DNA of 32,000 nt from Mycoplasma mobile 163K (GTDB taxonomy: Bacteria; Bacillota_I; Bacilli_A; Mycoplasmatales; Metamycoplasmataceae), in contig NC_006908.1 in assembly GCF_000008365.1 (NCBI RefSeq), positions 600,001 through 632,000 on the forward strand. Reading direction: 5' to 3'. Shown here one piece after another: positions 11,489 to 22,096 of this stretch. The notes beneath the pieces are model-generated. The model did not search any database. It was given only the letters and a program-made list of their open reading frames with translations, and was not told where the DNA came from. Numbering within the stretch: position 1 is the stretch's first letter; each line of letters begins with the position of its first letter. Position numbers and translations under genes: made by a program.

Positions 11489-13717
11489 CTAATTTACTTT
11501 CTTTAATGATGGATGATTTTTTCTAATAGTTTTAGCTTCGTGAGGATGTCTAAATGCAATCGTTACAGTATCATCATTTATATCCATTATTGTTCCTTCA
11601 CCAAAAATGTCATGCATGACAATAAAACCTATTTCAAGTTCGCTTTCCTGATTTACATTCGGATCAACACTTAAATTAGAAGTGAATTGTTGAAGATCTA
11701 TTCCTATTTCATTTAAAAATCTACTTGGAGATTTTTTATATTTTAAATCTGAATTAAAAAAACCTTGAGAATCTGATAAAAATATTCTATCAACAGCTCT
11801 AGTTAAAGCAATATAAAATAATCTTCTTTCATTATCAATTAGATCACTTGAGCCTGTTTTTTCTAATTCTTCAATTGATTTAATATTAGGCCAAATATAT
11901 TCACTTAAACCTACAATAAAAACATTTTTAAATTGTGTTCCTTTAGAATGAATAGCTGAAATTAGTGAAACACTATTTTTGCTTAAAGGACTTTTGTATT
12001 TAGAAGAAATTAATGAAATCTCTTCTAAATAATCAGCTAAATTTTTATTTCTATTTGCATTTTCTCAAATTTTTATTGAATTTAAAAGTTCAAGAATATT
12101 TTTTTCTTTATCGCTACCTGCATCATCATCTTTTAAATAATCATAATATTTAACTTCTTCTAAAAAACCATGTAAAGATTTGTAAATTGGATATTTTTTA
12201 AGAGCATTACGATATTTTCTAAATGAATTTATTAAATTAACTAAATTTAATAAAATTGTCTTATTTTTAGTATTTCATTGCAACTTCATTTTAGAAGTAA
12301 CTTCTTTTTTAGTATCTTTAAATAAATTAATTAAAGCATCATAAATATTTTCATTTCTAGATTCTGCATATTCCAAAAGTTTTTTTTCAAAAGTAACAGA
12401 AACATCCCGATTAGGAACATTTAAAATTCTTAAAAAAGTTGTTGAAGATCCATCATGTAAAACTCTCAAAAAAGAAATACAATCTTTGATTTCATCACGC
12501 TCATAAAATTTATTATCATCCAAAATTTGAAAATTAATCTCTGCTTTTTCCAATTCATCTTCGAAACTTTTAGTATAAAAACTTGAACGATAAAAAATAG
12601 CAATATCTTTTAGTTGTACTTTATTTCTTTTTAATTTATTGATTTTATGAACAACTCATCTTGCTTCTGCATCTGTACTAAATGCTTGCTGATAAACAAT
12701 TTTTTCCTCTTCTAAATTTTGAGCTTCCATTTCTTTAATAGAACTTTCAAAACTAGTATTATTTTTTTTCATTAAATTATTAACAGCTTCAATAATTGAT
12801 TTATTTGAACGATAATTTTTATTTAAGTGAAAAATTTGAACATTAGGAAAATCTTCATGAAATTTAGACATATATTTAACATCAGTGTATTTTGGTGAAA
12901 AAATTGTTTGATTAGTGTCTCCAACAATCATAATTGGAGTTTTCATAGCTATTTTTTTTAATATTTCATATTCTTGAAAACCTAAATCTTGAAATTCATC
13001 TATTAAAATGTATGAAAAATATTGGCTTCATTTTTTTCTTATTTCAGGAAATTCAGATAATAGTTCAAATGTCTTAGTAACTAAATCTTCATAATCAATA
13101 CTTTTATTTTTTTCTAAGTATTTTTCATAAGACATATAAAATTCTGCTTTTAATTTTATTAAATCGTTTTTTGCTTCATTGTAAGAATCTTTTGGACTAA
13201 TATTTTTAATTTTATTAGCTGAAATAAAAGCAAAAATTTCATCTAATTTAACAGTTCCTTCTTTTAAATTTTTATGTCTAAAAATTTGTTGTAGCACTTG
13301 CTTTTTATCTGTATTATCAGTTAAAATAAAATCATTAGGCAAACCTAATTTATCAATATCTTCTCTTAAAATTTTTCCACAAAAAGTATAAAAAGTATGA
13401 ATATTTGTAGTTTTTTCAAAATCAAAACTAAAAAATCTTGAAATTCTGTTTTTCATCTCATCAACTGAATGTTCATTTAAAGTAATTACTAAAATTTTTT
13501 CATAATCAATTCCCAAAACAGATGATAAATAAGCATATCTTCTTGTTAAAACTTTTGTTTTACCACTACCAGCACTTGCTAGAACCTTTGAGCTAGTTTT
13601 TGAATTTAAAGTAACAATGCTTTTTTGAATGTCATTTAAGCCTTCTAAAAGTTTATCTTCAATTCTTGGCTCTTCATTCAATTCATTATTACTTTTTTTC
13701 ATATATGTCCTCTTCAT
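11489..13717 (-). CDS. UvrD/PcrA-family SF1 helicase, divergent second paralog (742 aa; alternative start ATG 13702 preceded by AAGAGGA)
   Basis: Track ORFs 12275..12553, 12656..12946 and 13028..13717 share a frame. I translated 11489-12277 and both gaps: TGA only, with the true stop TAG at 11489-11491. Motifs: ASAGSGKTKV, ILIDEFQD, VGDTNQTIF (motif III lacks the RGA), NYRS, AIHSKGTQF, RRLFYIALTRA, and C-terminal VMHDIFGEG. Confidence 0.88.
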
Positions 13718-14408
13718 TTTTGTTTATAAAAATTATTTTATTTTTTATGTATGATACAGGTATCAATTTTTCATTTTCTATTTTAAAATTAGGTTTTTCT
13801 TCAAATTTATTTAAATAAATTAGTTTTGTTTTGCTGAAAACTTCTACTATTGTAAGGCTATCTTTTCTTATTCCTGAAGTTATAATAATAAAAAAATTTA
13901 AAAAAACTAAAAATGTTGAAAATGTAGACGGAATAGCAATTAATGCTTGATCAATTAGTTTTTGAGTTTGATTGTTTTGATTCGAAACTAAATTATTTCC
14001 AGGTGTGCTTGAAGCTATTCGAAAAGCAAGTTCTGGATTAATTAAGGTCATTGACAAAAAAACAATAACAATCCAAGATAAAGAGGTAAAAGTTTGATTT
14101 TTTAAAATTGCAATGAATCATATTAAATTTAGTTTTGACTCTTCATTGTTTTTTAAAGCTAATTTTGTTCTAAAAATTCACCTAAAAAGTGTGAATCCTC
14201 TAAATAAAAACGGAATTATTACTCAATATAAAAAAAATCAAATTATTATTGAAAAACTTCACAAATAATAACCTAGATTATCAATAGTATTGTTAGGCTT
14301 TATCACTAAAACTGAAAAGCCAATTGGTAGTGATAAAGCAACAATTAAATCCATCAATATAATGAATAATCTGTACCAAAATCCAACAACTCTATTTTTT
14401 TGTTTCAT
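13689..14408 (-). CDS. RDD-family-like polytopic membrane protein (239 aa)
   Basis: Track ORF 13689..14057 extends upstream through five in-frame TGA codons to ATG 14408-14406. The N-terminus MKQKNRVVGFWYRLFIILMDLIVALSL matches the RDD pattern (FW-R...D-LI). FRGFTLFRWIF and further hydrophobic helices follow. Confidence 0.6.
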
Positions 14409-14419
14409 ATTGTACAAAT

Positions 14420-15430
14420 TTATTCAAAATTCTTCAGAATTTTTACTCATTTTGATTTTGGTGTTACTTTTTCTAAAAATTCAACTTCAGAATTTTTTAA
14501 CATCATATATTTACTATTTACTGCTAAATTTTTAAATTCAGCTTCATGAATTGATTTTAGTTTTTCATAATAGTTTGAATTTAATTGTGAATTTGCTTTA
14601 TCTATAAAATTATAACTTAAACTGATGATTTTTTTTCTATTTATATGTCCTAGAAAGCCTGGTATTAAAACTTGCAAACAGAAAAACTTTGCATAAATTA
14701 ATTCTTGAATTAAATTTTGGTGTGAAGAATTGTAAAAATTTTCTAATTTTTTTCAAGTTTTGAAAAATACTAAATATGAATTAAAATGTGATTTATTAAT
14801 TGATTCTTTACTTAATTCTTTATTAAAAGTCATATAAGTTTTTGCAAAAGGCAAAATATAATAAAATAACTCAAAAATTGAAGTGTTTTCTGAAAGATTT
14901 TTATTTTCAAATGCTTTAAGTAAAATTTCCTTTCTAAAAATTTTATTAAAAATAAATGGGAAAGCATAAACTAAAACTTCTGCTATTTTTTCATTTTCAA
15001 AAATGCTTTCCAAAGTTTCAAAATTAAATCTTAATTTTGGATTTCAATGTGTTAAACCTTCAATATCTGGTCTAAATTCAATAATATCTGCAATATTTTT
15101 GCTTTTTAACAAATGAGAAACATCCTCTACAAAATTTTTTTTATAAGAGGAAAAATTGGGTTGGATTAAAGTAAAAGTTTTATTAGAAATTTTTACTGCA
15201 TCAAAAATGCCTTGGATTTCCCCTTGTTTTTTTTCATTGAAAATAATTTTAAAATCATTAGTTTTAAAATTATTTTCTAAATCTAAGAGTTTTTTAAAAG
15301 CAGTTTGATTTAAGTTATCTGCAATAAGAATAAATTCGAACTTTGCAATTTTTTGCACTTCCAAAATTGACTTAATATTATCTAAGTTTTTATTTTTTGC
15401 ATCTAAGTAAGTGATAAGCGATAGTTCCAT
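14420..15430 (-). CDS. Hypothetical protein (336 aa), N-terminal glycosyltransferase-family-2-like fold, apparently degenerate
   Basis: Track ORFs 14447..14677, 14753..15013 and 15044..15430 share a frame; the gaps translate without TAA/TAG, and the stop is TAA 14420-14422. LSLITYLDAKNKNLDNIKSILEVQKIAKFEFILIADN resembles the GT2 N-terminal beta-alpha-beta pattern. I see no clear DxD motif. Confidence 0.45.
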
Positions 15431-15438
15431 TTGTATTC

Positions 15439-18201
15439 CTATAAATCAGTTTCTTGATCTTCATCTTGTTTATCTTCAATTTCTTCTTGAATTCCATAGT
15501 TATTGTTTTCTAAATCTAAAACAGGCCCTGAAGAAACTTCTAGCTCAAGTGATTTTTCAATTTCTTCATCAATTTTTTCAGTGTTGATAATTGCAATTGA
15601 AGCAATATAGTCTTTATCTTTTAGAGTAATTAATTTTACTCCCTTAGTTCCTCTTGAAGTTTCACTAACTTGGTTTAGTTCTGTACGAATTGCAATTCCT
15701 TCATTTGTTAGGAAAATTGCTTCTTCATATCCTTTGACAATTCCAACGTAATTTAGTTTTCCAGCTTTTTTAACATTTAATGAAATTACACCTTTTACAT
15801 TACGATGTGATAAGCGATATGATTCCAGTTCTGTTTTTTTACCAAATCCTTTATCTCCAATTGAAAGAACATATTTACCTTCACTACTTTTACCGACTCC
15901 AACAACACGCTCTTTTTTGTCAAGTTTCATTGCAATAACTCCAGAAGCTGTTCTTCCCATTGGTCTAATTTCTTTAGAATCAAAGTGAACAACTTTTCCA
16001 TTGTTTGCTCCAATAATAACGCTATCTTCATCATCAATAGTAATAACTTTAAATAACTCATCGTCTTCTTTTAGACTTAAAGCAAATTTACCATTTGATT
16101 GAATTCTTTTATATGCTTCAATTGACGTTTTTTTAGCAATTCCATTTTTAGTAATTGTTAATAAATAAGTTCCTTCAAAATATTCCTCAACACTTAAAAG
16201 TGAGACAACTTTTTCTTTTTTATCAATGTTAATAAAATTAATAAAAGGCACTCCTTTAGCTTGTCTAGATAATTCAGGGATTTGATGTGCTCTAATTTTA
16301 TAAACTTTGGCTGAAGAAGTAAAGACTAAAATATCTGTATGAGTATGAGTTGTTAAAATTGAATCAACATCATCATCTGCATATGTTTTATGAGTATAAA
16401 CTCCAACTCCTCCACGTTTTTGACTTCTAAAATCAGTTAAAGGAGTTCTTTTTACATATCCATTTTTACTCAAAGTAATAGCAATATTTTTGTTTGGAAT
16501 TAAATCTTCATCTTTAATAATTCCATAATCGCTTGTATTAATTATAGTTCTTCTTTCATCGCCAAAACGAGCCTTAATTTCTTCTAATTCACTAACAATT
16601 AAATCAATTAATTTTTCATGTGAATTTAAAATATTTTCATATCCAGCAATTTCTTGTTTTAAAGCATTTAATTCATCTTGAGTTTTTTCAATTGCAAGTG
16701 AAGTTAATCTTCCTAATCTCATATCAATAATAGCTTTTGCTTGAATTTCTGACAATTTAAAACTTGCCATTAATTTACTTTGAGCATCATTATCATTTGT
16801 TGAAGATCTTATTAATCTAATAACTTCATCAATATTTGAAACAGCTATAATTAAACCTTCTAGAATGTGAGCTCTATCTTGTGCACGTTCTAAATCAAAT
16901 TTAGTCCTTCTAGTTACGACATCTATTTGATGTTTTAAATAAACATCTAAAGCTTGTTTTAGATTTAATAATTTTGGTTCGCCTTTAACTAATGCAATCA
17001 TGTTAAAGTTGTAATTAACTTGTAAATTTGTTAGTTTCAACACTTTATTTAAAATAACTTCAGGAATTACATTTTTCTTTAAATCAATAACAACTCTAAT
17101 TCCTTTTCTGGAAGTTTCATCTCTAATTTCACTAATTCCTTCAATTCTTTTCTCTTTTGAAAGAAGTGCAATTTTTTCAATGACTGCAGGTTTTTTAACT
17201 TCATATGGAATTTCAGTAATAATAATTCTACTTTTACCACTTTTTAAAGTTTCAATATGACTTTTTGAACGAAGTACAATTGCTCCACGCCCTGTTTCAT
17301 AAGCTGTGATAATTCCGCTTGTACCTAAAATTTCAGCACCAGTAGGAAAATCTGGTCCTTTAATATGCTGCATTAATTCTTCAATTGTAATTTCACTATT
17401 TCTAGCCAAAGCAACAACCGCATCAATTGTTTCAGTTAAATTATGTGGAGGAATTGTAGTTGCCATTCCGACAGCAATTCCAGTTGCACCTGAAATTAAT
17501 AAGTTTGGAATTCTTGAAGGTAAAACACTTGGCTCTTCTTCACTTCCGTCATAATTAGGGATAAAATCAACGGTGTCTTTTTTTAGTCCTTCAACCATTG
17601 AAGAAGCAATTCTACTCATTCTTGCTTCTGTATAACGCATAGCTGCTGCTGAATCACCATCAATTGATCCAAAATTACCATGCCCATCAATTAAGGGATA
17701 CCTTAAAGAAAAATCTTGAGCCATTCTTACCATTGCTTCATAAACACTTGAATCCCCATGTGGGTGATACTTACCTAGAACATCCCCGACAACTCTTGCA
17801 GATTTTTTATATTGAGCATTATAAAAAAGTCCTAATTCAGTCATTCCATATAAAATTCTACGATGTACAGGTTTTAGACCATCTCTTGCATCTGGTAGAG
17901 CTCTTGAGACAATAACTGACATAGCATATTCTAAAAATGAAGTACGCATTTCTTTAGATACATTAATTGGGGCTAAATTATCAGTTTCTTCTTCAATAAG
18001 TTGTGATTTTACTTCATAAGTGCTATCTGATTGAGGTGATCTTTCATCTTCATCCACTTCAATTTCTTTTTTCTTAGAACCAAAAACTGTTCTAATACTG
18101 TCCTCTTCAACTTCGTATTCAGAATCTGAATTATCTACATTTTTTTTATCAAAAAAATCATCTTTTTCTCTTTCTTCGTCATCATTAAAATTTGAAAACA
18201 T
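15439..18201 (-). CDS. gyrA: DNA gyrase subunit A (type IIA topoisomerase A subunit, 920 aa)
   Basis: Single intact ORF. Motifs: [28 protein letters not shown], the catalytic-Tyr block [10 protein letters not shown], and a GyrA-box-like QKRGGVG at the start of the C-terminal beta-pinwheel, which favours GyrA over ParC. Both termini are acidic. Confidence 0.85.
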   Translation of the reverse strand: MFSNFNDDEEREKDDFFDKKNVDNSDSEYEVEEDSIRTVFGSKKKEIEVDEDERSPQSDSTYEVKSQLIEEETDNLAPINVSKEMRTSFLEYAMSVIVSRALPDARDGLKPVHRRILYGMTELGLFYNAQYKKSARVVGDVLGKYHPHGDSSVYEAMVRMAQDFSLRYPLIDGHGNFGSIDGDSAAAMRYTEARMSRIASSMVEGLKKDTVDFIPNYDGSEEEPSVLPSRIPNLLISGATGIAVGMATTIPPHNLTETIDAVVALARNSEITIEELMQHIKGPDFPTGAEILGTSGIITAYETGRGAIVLRSKSHIETLKSGKSRIIITEIPYEVKKPAVIEKIALLSKEKRIEGISEIRDETSRKGIRVVIDLKKNVIPEVILNKVLKLTNLQVNYNFNMIALVKGEPKLLNLKQALDVYLKHQIDVVTRRTKFDLERAQDRAHILEGLIIAVSNIDEVIRLIRSSTNDNDAQSKLMASFKLSEIQAKAIIDMRLGRLTSLAIEKTQDELNALKQEIAGYENILNSHEKLIDLIVSELEEIKARFGDERRTIINTSDYGIIKDEDLIPNKNIAITLSKNGYVKRTPLTDFRSQKRGGVGVYTHKTYADDDVDSILTTHTHTDILVFTSSAKVYKIRAHQIPELSRQAKGVPFINFINIDKKEKVVSLLSVEEYFEGTYLLTITKNGIAKKTSIEAYKRIQSNGKFALSLKEDDELFKVITIDDEDSVIIGANNGKVVHFDSKEIRPMGRTASGVIAMKLDKKERVVGVGKSSEGKYVLSIGDKGFGKKTELESYRLSHRNVKGVISLNVKKAGKLNYVGIVKGYEEAIFLTNEGIAIRTELNQVSETSRGTKGVKLITLKDKDYIASIAIINTEKIDEEIEKSLELEVSSGPVLDLENNNYGIQEEIEDKQDEDQETDL

Positions 18202-18370
18202 TATGGGCTCCTTTGATTATTTAGTAATAGTTCTATTTATTATACCAAGTTTTAACAATTAAATTGCTTATAAAAATACAAAAATACTAATGAATTCGCT
18301 TGTTTTTTCAACTATTACAAATTTTATTTTATAATATAAGCAACAAATGATATGTTGTGGAGGTAGAAAT

Positions 18371-18874
18371 ATGAAAACTATTTATTTAGGTGGTGGTTGT
18401 TTTTGAGGTATTGAAGGTTATTTTCAAAAAATTAAAGGAATAATTGACACTGATGTTTATTATTTGAATGGCGGCTTTGAAGGAGTATCTTATCGAGATG
18501 TTTGCAATGCAAGTGGTCATGTTGAAGCTGTTGAATTAATTTATGATGAAACACTAATTTCATCTAAAGAAATTTGAAATTTATTTTCTGATTTAATTGA
18601 TCCTTATTCAATTAATAAGCAAGGAAATGATCGTGGAGTTCAATATCGGAGTGGAATTTATGCAAAAGATAAAGCAATTTTAGATGAATTTAAAAAATAT
18701 AATAAAGAATTTGAAGTAAAACATGGTAGAAAAACTGCATTTGAGTTCAAATTAATTAATGATAAAACTAGAGCTGAAGAATATCATCAAAATTATTTAA
18801 TTAAAAATCCAAATGGTTATTGTCATATTGATATTAATAACATTGAGAAAAAATATTTAAAAACTAGCTTCTAA
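18371..18874 (+). CDS. msrA: Peptide methionine (S)-S-oxide reductase MsrA (167 aa)
   Basis: Absent from the track because of early TGA codons. ATG 18371 is preceded by [23 protein letters not shown] carries the active-site GCFWG with W encoded by TGA 18404-18406. [22 protein letters not shown] and EYHQNYL follow. Stop TAA 18872-18874. Confidence 0.92.
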
Positions 18875-19462
18875 ATAATTAATACTCTTTCCTAAAGAAG
18901 ATCATTTTTTTTCATAATCAGTCATTTCGTTATCTAGATTTTTTATAGAATTATGCAAATCATTTGTTTGGTACAAAATTTTCATGCCAAATTCAGACAT
19001 TGACTCTAAAGAATAATGAAAAAACTTATCATTATCTGTTTTTAGTTTAATAACTCCTTGTGGAGATAAAAATTTTTTGTATAAATCCAAAAATGTTTTA
19101 TATGTAAGTCGGCGGTGCTCATGTCTATTTTTGGGTCAAGGATCTGAAAAAGTTAATCAAATTGTGTTAACTTTATTTTCAATAATTTCAGTTAAATGTT
19201 GAATATCACTAACAATTAAATTAATATTTTTTAAATTTAAATCATTAAATTTTTCAATTGCTTTTGAAGCAATAGTCCGGTCTCTTTCAACACATAAATA
19301 ATTTTGAGACGGATTTTTTAAAGCTAAAGCACTTATCATTGTTCCTTTGCCGCTACCAAGTTCAATAATTGTATCTTGTTTTAATTTAAAAGGAAATTTG
19401 CTAATTACTAAAGGATCAACATCTAAAATTTTTTCTAAATTTTTATCTCTTCTTACTCTCAT
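18857..19462 (-). CDS. trmB: tRNA (guanine46-N7)-methyltransferase TrmB (201 aa)
   Basis: Track ORFs 18902..19090 and 19157..19462 share a frame. The junction reads [18 protein letters not shown] (the TrmB signature). The SAM motif is IELGSGKG. The frame extends through TGA 18902-18904 to TAA 18857-18859. Confidence 0.9.
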
Positions 19463-19532
19463 GGTTTTTATTATACAAACAATAAAGTAATTAAAAATAT
19501 TTTCTTAAACAAATTAAAGTAAAATAATTATT

Positions 19533-21413
19533 ATGAATAGTCAAAATAATTATTTAAATAATAAAAAAGTTAAATCAAAATTTTGAAAAAGACTTTTTTT
19601 ACTTGGCGGAATAACTTTAGGTCTAAGCATGATTGGTGCAGGTGGTTTTTTTGCTATTAATAGTATTACAAATATTTCAACAAGTACTTCTCAAGTAATT
19701 GTTCCTCAAAGTGTTTTTGCACAAACTACTTATACTGATCCTAAAACAAATCATTCTTTAATTATTAAAGAATATAAAGCAATTTATAATCATCCTGCTA
19801 CAAGTGTTCCTAATGAAAGCAATTTGAGATTTTATCTTACTAAAGAAAATGAAGATGGGAGTCATGATACTAGTGTTTTAAAACAATTAGCTCAGTATAT
19901 TTTTGAAAATTTAAGTTTTGGCCCTGAAATTTCAGAATTAAAATCAATTAGCATAGGATATCAACAACTTGGAGTTATTGATGTAAATGGTTTTTATATT
20001 CCTGCTACAAATGAAATGTTTATTGATCCTAACCCTGTTATAAAATCTTTAGAAGGATTAAAATATTCAATTGATCCTAAATTAAATAATTCTAATTCTT
20101 TGAGTGATTTACAAAAAATTCAAGCAATTTTTTCTACTATTTTCCATGAATATGGTCATCACATTGCAACTGTTTATGCTAGTTCAATAAAATCAACTGA
20201 TATTTCAAGTGAAAAAATTTATTTTAATGTTATTGATTCAAAAAATATAGTAACTGAATCAAGGGAAGAAATTTATAATTCTAATTTTTATAAAGAATTT
20301 TTAAAATATACAAATTTAGAAAGTAATTCAATAAATAATTCAAGAAGATATACAAGTTCTGGAAATAGTTTTGATTCTATAAACATTGGGAGCTTAACTT
20401 CTGCTTCAGAATTATTTGATATTGCAAATAAGAAGTATCTTAAAGGGGCAACAAACATTTTTAAAGTAAATGACAATGATTCTCATAAATTTTCAAGTAC
20501 TATTGACTCAAATATTAATTTAGATCGCAAAACATTAGGTCATTTAGAAGATAGAACTTTAGGATATTATTATTCTTTTGAAGAACAATTCACTAGAAAA
20601 TATCAGAGATTAAGCTTTAGTCCTCCAATTAGTCTTAATGATTCGAATCAATTTAGCAACAATGTAAAAAATGCAATTCAATTTTACGGAACTTCAAACG
20701 TTAGTTCTTTAAGTAGTTTTGGGCAAGATATTTTACATAACTTTTCTATTAAAAAAGTTGGTAATTCTTATCAAATTAATAATCTATATTTAGCTGATAA
20801 TCCTTTTGGCGGAGTTTTTCAAACTGATGAAGGACACGAAACAATTGTAGATCAATCTCTTAAATTATATGAATCATATTTAAAATTAATTGGTTATGGA
20901 GCAAGTATTAGTCAGATCCATCATCGCAATGAAACTTCAGCAGGTGCAAGTGGAAGTCTAAGTGTTACTACTAAAGAATCTTTTGATCAAATTAAATTTG
21001 ATGGTTATTTTGATTCAACAAAAAACATTAAAGGCTTAGTTTTAAAAAATAAAAATAATATAAATGAAGTTTTACCAATAAAAATTACAACAAATGAAAA
21101 TTTTGCATTTAAATCAAAAAGTAGTATTACTTCTAGTCGTGATATTTTCCCTCAAAATACAACGGCATTTGCTTCTGTTTTATATAATTCATATTCAACA
21201 CGTGAATATGTGGATTTGAATAAAATTAATCTAAATATTCCAATTAAATTTTGAAATGATTTTAATAATGATAATGAATTACAAGAAAGTGAATTAGAAA
21301 ATTTAGTCTCAACTTCTGAAACAAGAAAAGTAACAAATTTTAGATCTCATAATTCAGAAAAATTAAAATACTACCAAATTTCTAATGATTTTATTATCAA
21401 AAAAGATTATTAA
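19533..21413 (+). CDS. Membrane-anchored surface protein with HExxH zinc-metallopeptidase motif (626 aa)
   Basis: Track ORF 19629..21254 extends upstream to ATG 19533 (MNSQNNYLNNKKVKSKFWKRLFLLGGITLGLSMIGAGGFFAI, an N-terminal TM anchor with no lipobox Cys). It extends downstream through TGA 21252-21254 to TAA 21411-21413. FHEYGHHIA lies at 20142-20168. Confidence 0.6.
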
Positions 21414-21418
21414 AAATT

Positions 21419-21447
21419 ACTTGTTTTAAACTATCTTTAAAACAAGT
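21419..21447 (+). terminator. Perfect 12-bp hairpin downstream of the HExxH gene (putative terminator, no U-tract)
   Basis: ACTTGTTTTAAA-CTATC-TTTAAAACAAGT, starting 6 nt after the stop codon. No T-run follows, so terminator function is uncertain. Confidence 0.4.
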
Positions 21448-21474
21448 ATAAAAATATAAGTTAAAATAAAAGTA

Positions 21475-22077
21475 ATGAAATTAAAAGAAGATCAAATAGA
21501 ATTAAATGGTGTTCCTGAATTAGGAAGCATTATTAATATTCAAGCATATAAATATGATGGAACTTTATATCGCCAGTGAAATGGAGCTAGAGTTCTTGAA
21601 GTTTCTCCATTTCATATTGTTTTAGTCTTAATTAAAACTAAAGTAGCTGAAGAGACTAATCGTAAGTGAATTATAAGAGAACCAACATTATGATTTTTTC
21701 CTGTTGAAGGAAGTTTTTTCAATGCTTCAATTCTTTTAAGAAAAAAAGAAAAATTATATTACATCAATTTATCTTCTCCTCCTATTTTTGAAGATAATAC
21801 TTTAAAATTTATTGATTTTGATTTAGATATTAAAATTAGTCCGAAACAAATTTTTTCAGTTGTTGATGAAAATGAATTTGCAATTAATTCTAAAGAATTT
21901 AAATATTCAGAAGAATTAATAAAATTAATAAGGAAAAATATCAAATTAATCAGAGTTAATTTTCACGATAAAGATTATATTTTTGATGATGATTTTTTAG
22001 AATCATACATTAATGAACTAAAAGATTTGAGATTGGTTAAAGAATCTTTTAAAATAATAGCAAAGAAAAAACACTAG
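21475..22077 (+). CDS. DUF402 (UPF0374/Ntdp-like nucleoside di/triphosphatase family) protein, 200 aa
   Basis: Not in the track because three in-frame TGA codons break it. MKLKEDQIELNGVPELGSIINIQAYKYDGTLYRQWNGARVLE...NLSSPPIFEDNTLKFIDFDLDIKI matches the conserved DUF402 core (KYDG..R.W; IDxDLD). Stop TAG 22075-22077. Confidence 0.75.
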
Positions 22078-22096
22078 AATATCTAGTGTTTTTTTA
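22065..22096. terminator. Bidirectional intrinsic terminator shared by the convergent DUF402 gene and the large helicase gene
   Basis: AAAAAACACTAG-AATAT-CTAGTGTTTTTTT: stem 22071-22077/22083-22089 flanked by an A-run and a T-run. It overlaps both stop codons (TAG 22075-22077 on plus, TAA 22094-22096 on minus). Confidence 0.65.

Noticed and set aside
15439-18201. Calling this topoisomerase subunit ParC because no gyrB is adjacent
   Set aside because: A GyrA-box-like QKRGGVG is present at the start of the C-terminal domain, and parC is usually adjacent to parE, which is also absent here. From memory, separated gyrA and gyrB genes are reported for some Mycoplasma lineages. I kept the call as gyrA with reduced confidence.
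2007-21944. Track ORFs antisense to or overlapping strong genes (2007..2360+, 2701..2928-, 2708..2932+, 5804..6001-, 6394..6780-, 9980..10168+, 11171..11506+, 14290..14535+, 17306..17554+, 17664..17915+, 20288..20476-, 21759..21944-)
   Set aside because: Each lies wholly inside a well-supported conserved gene on the other strand or in another frame (dnaJ, dnaE, gyrA and others). They encode low-complexity I/F/L/K/S-rich sequence typical of shadow frames and have no start context.
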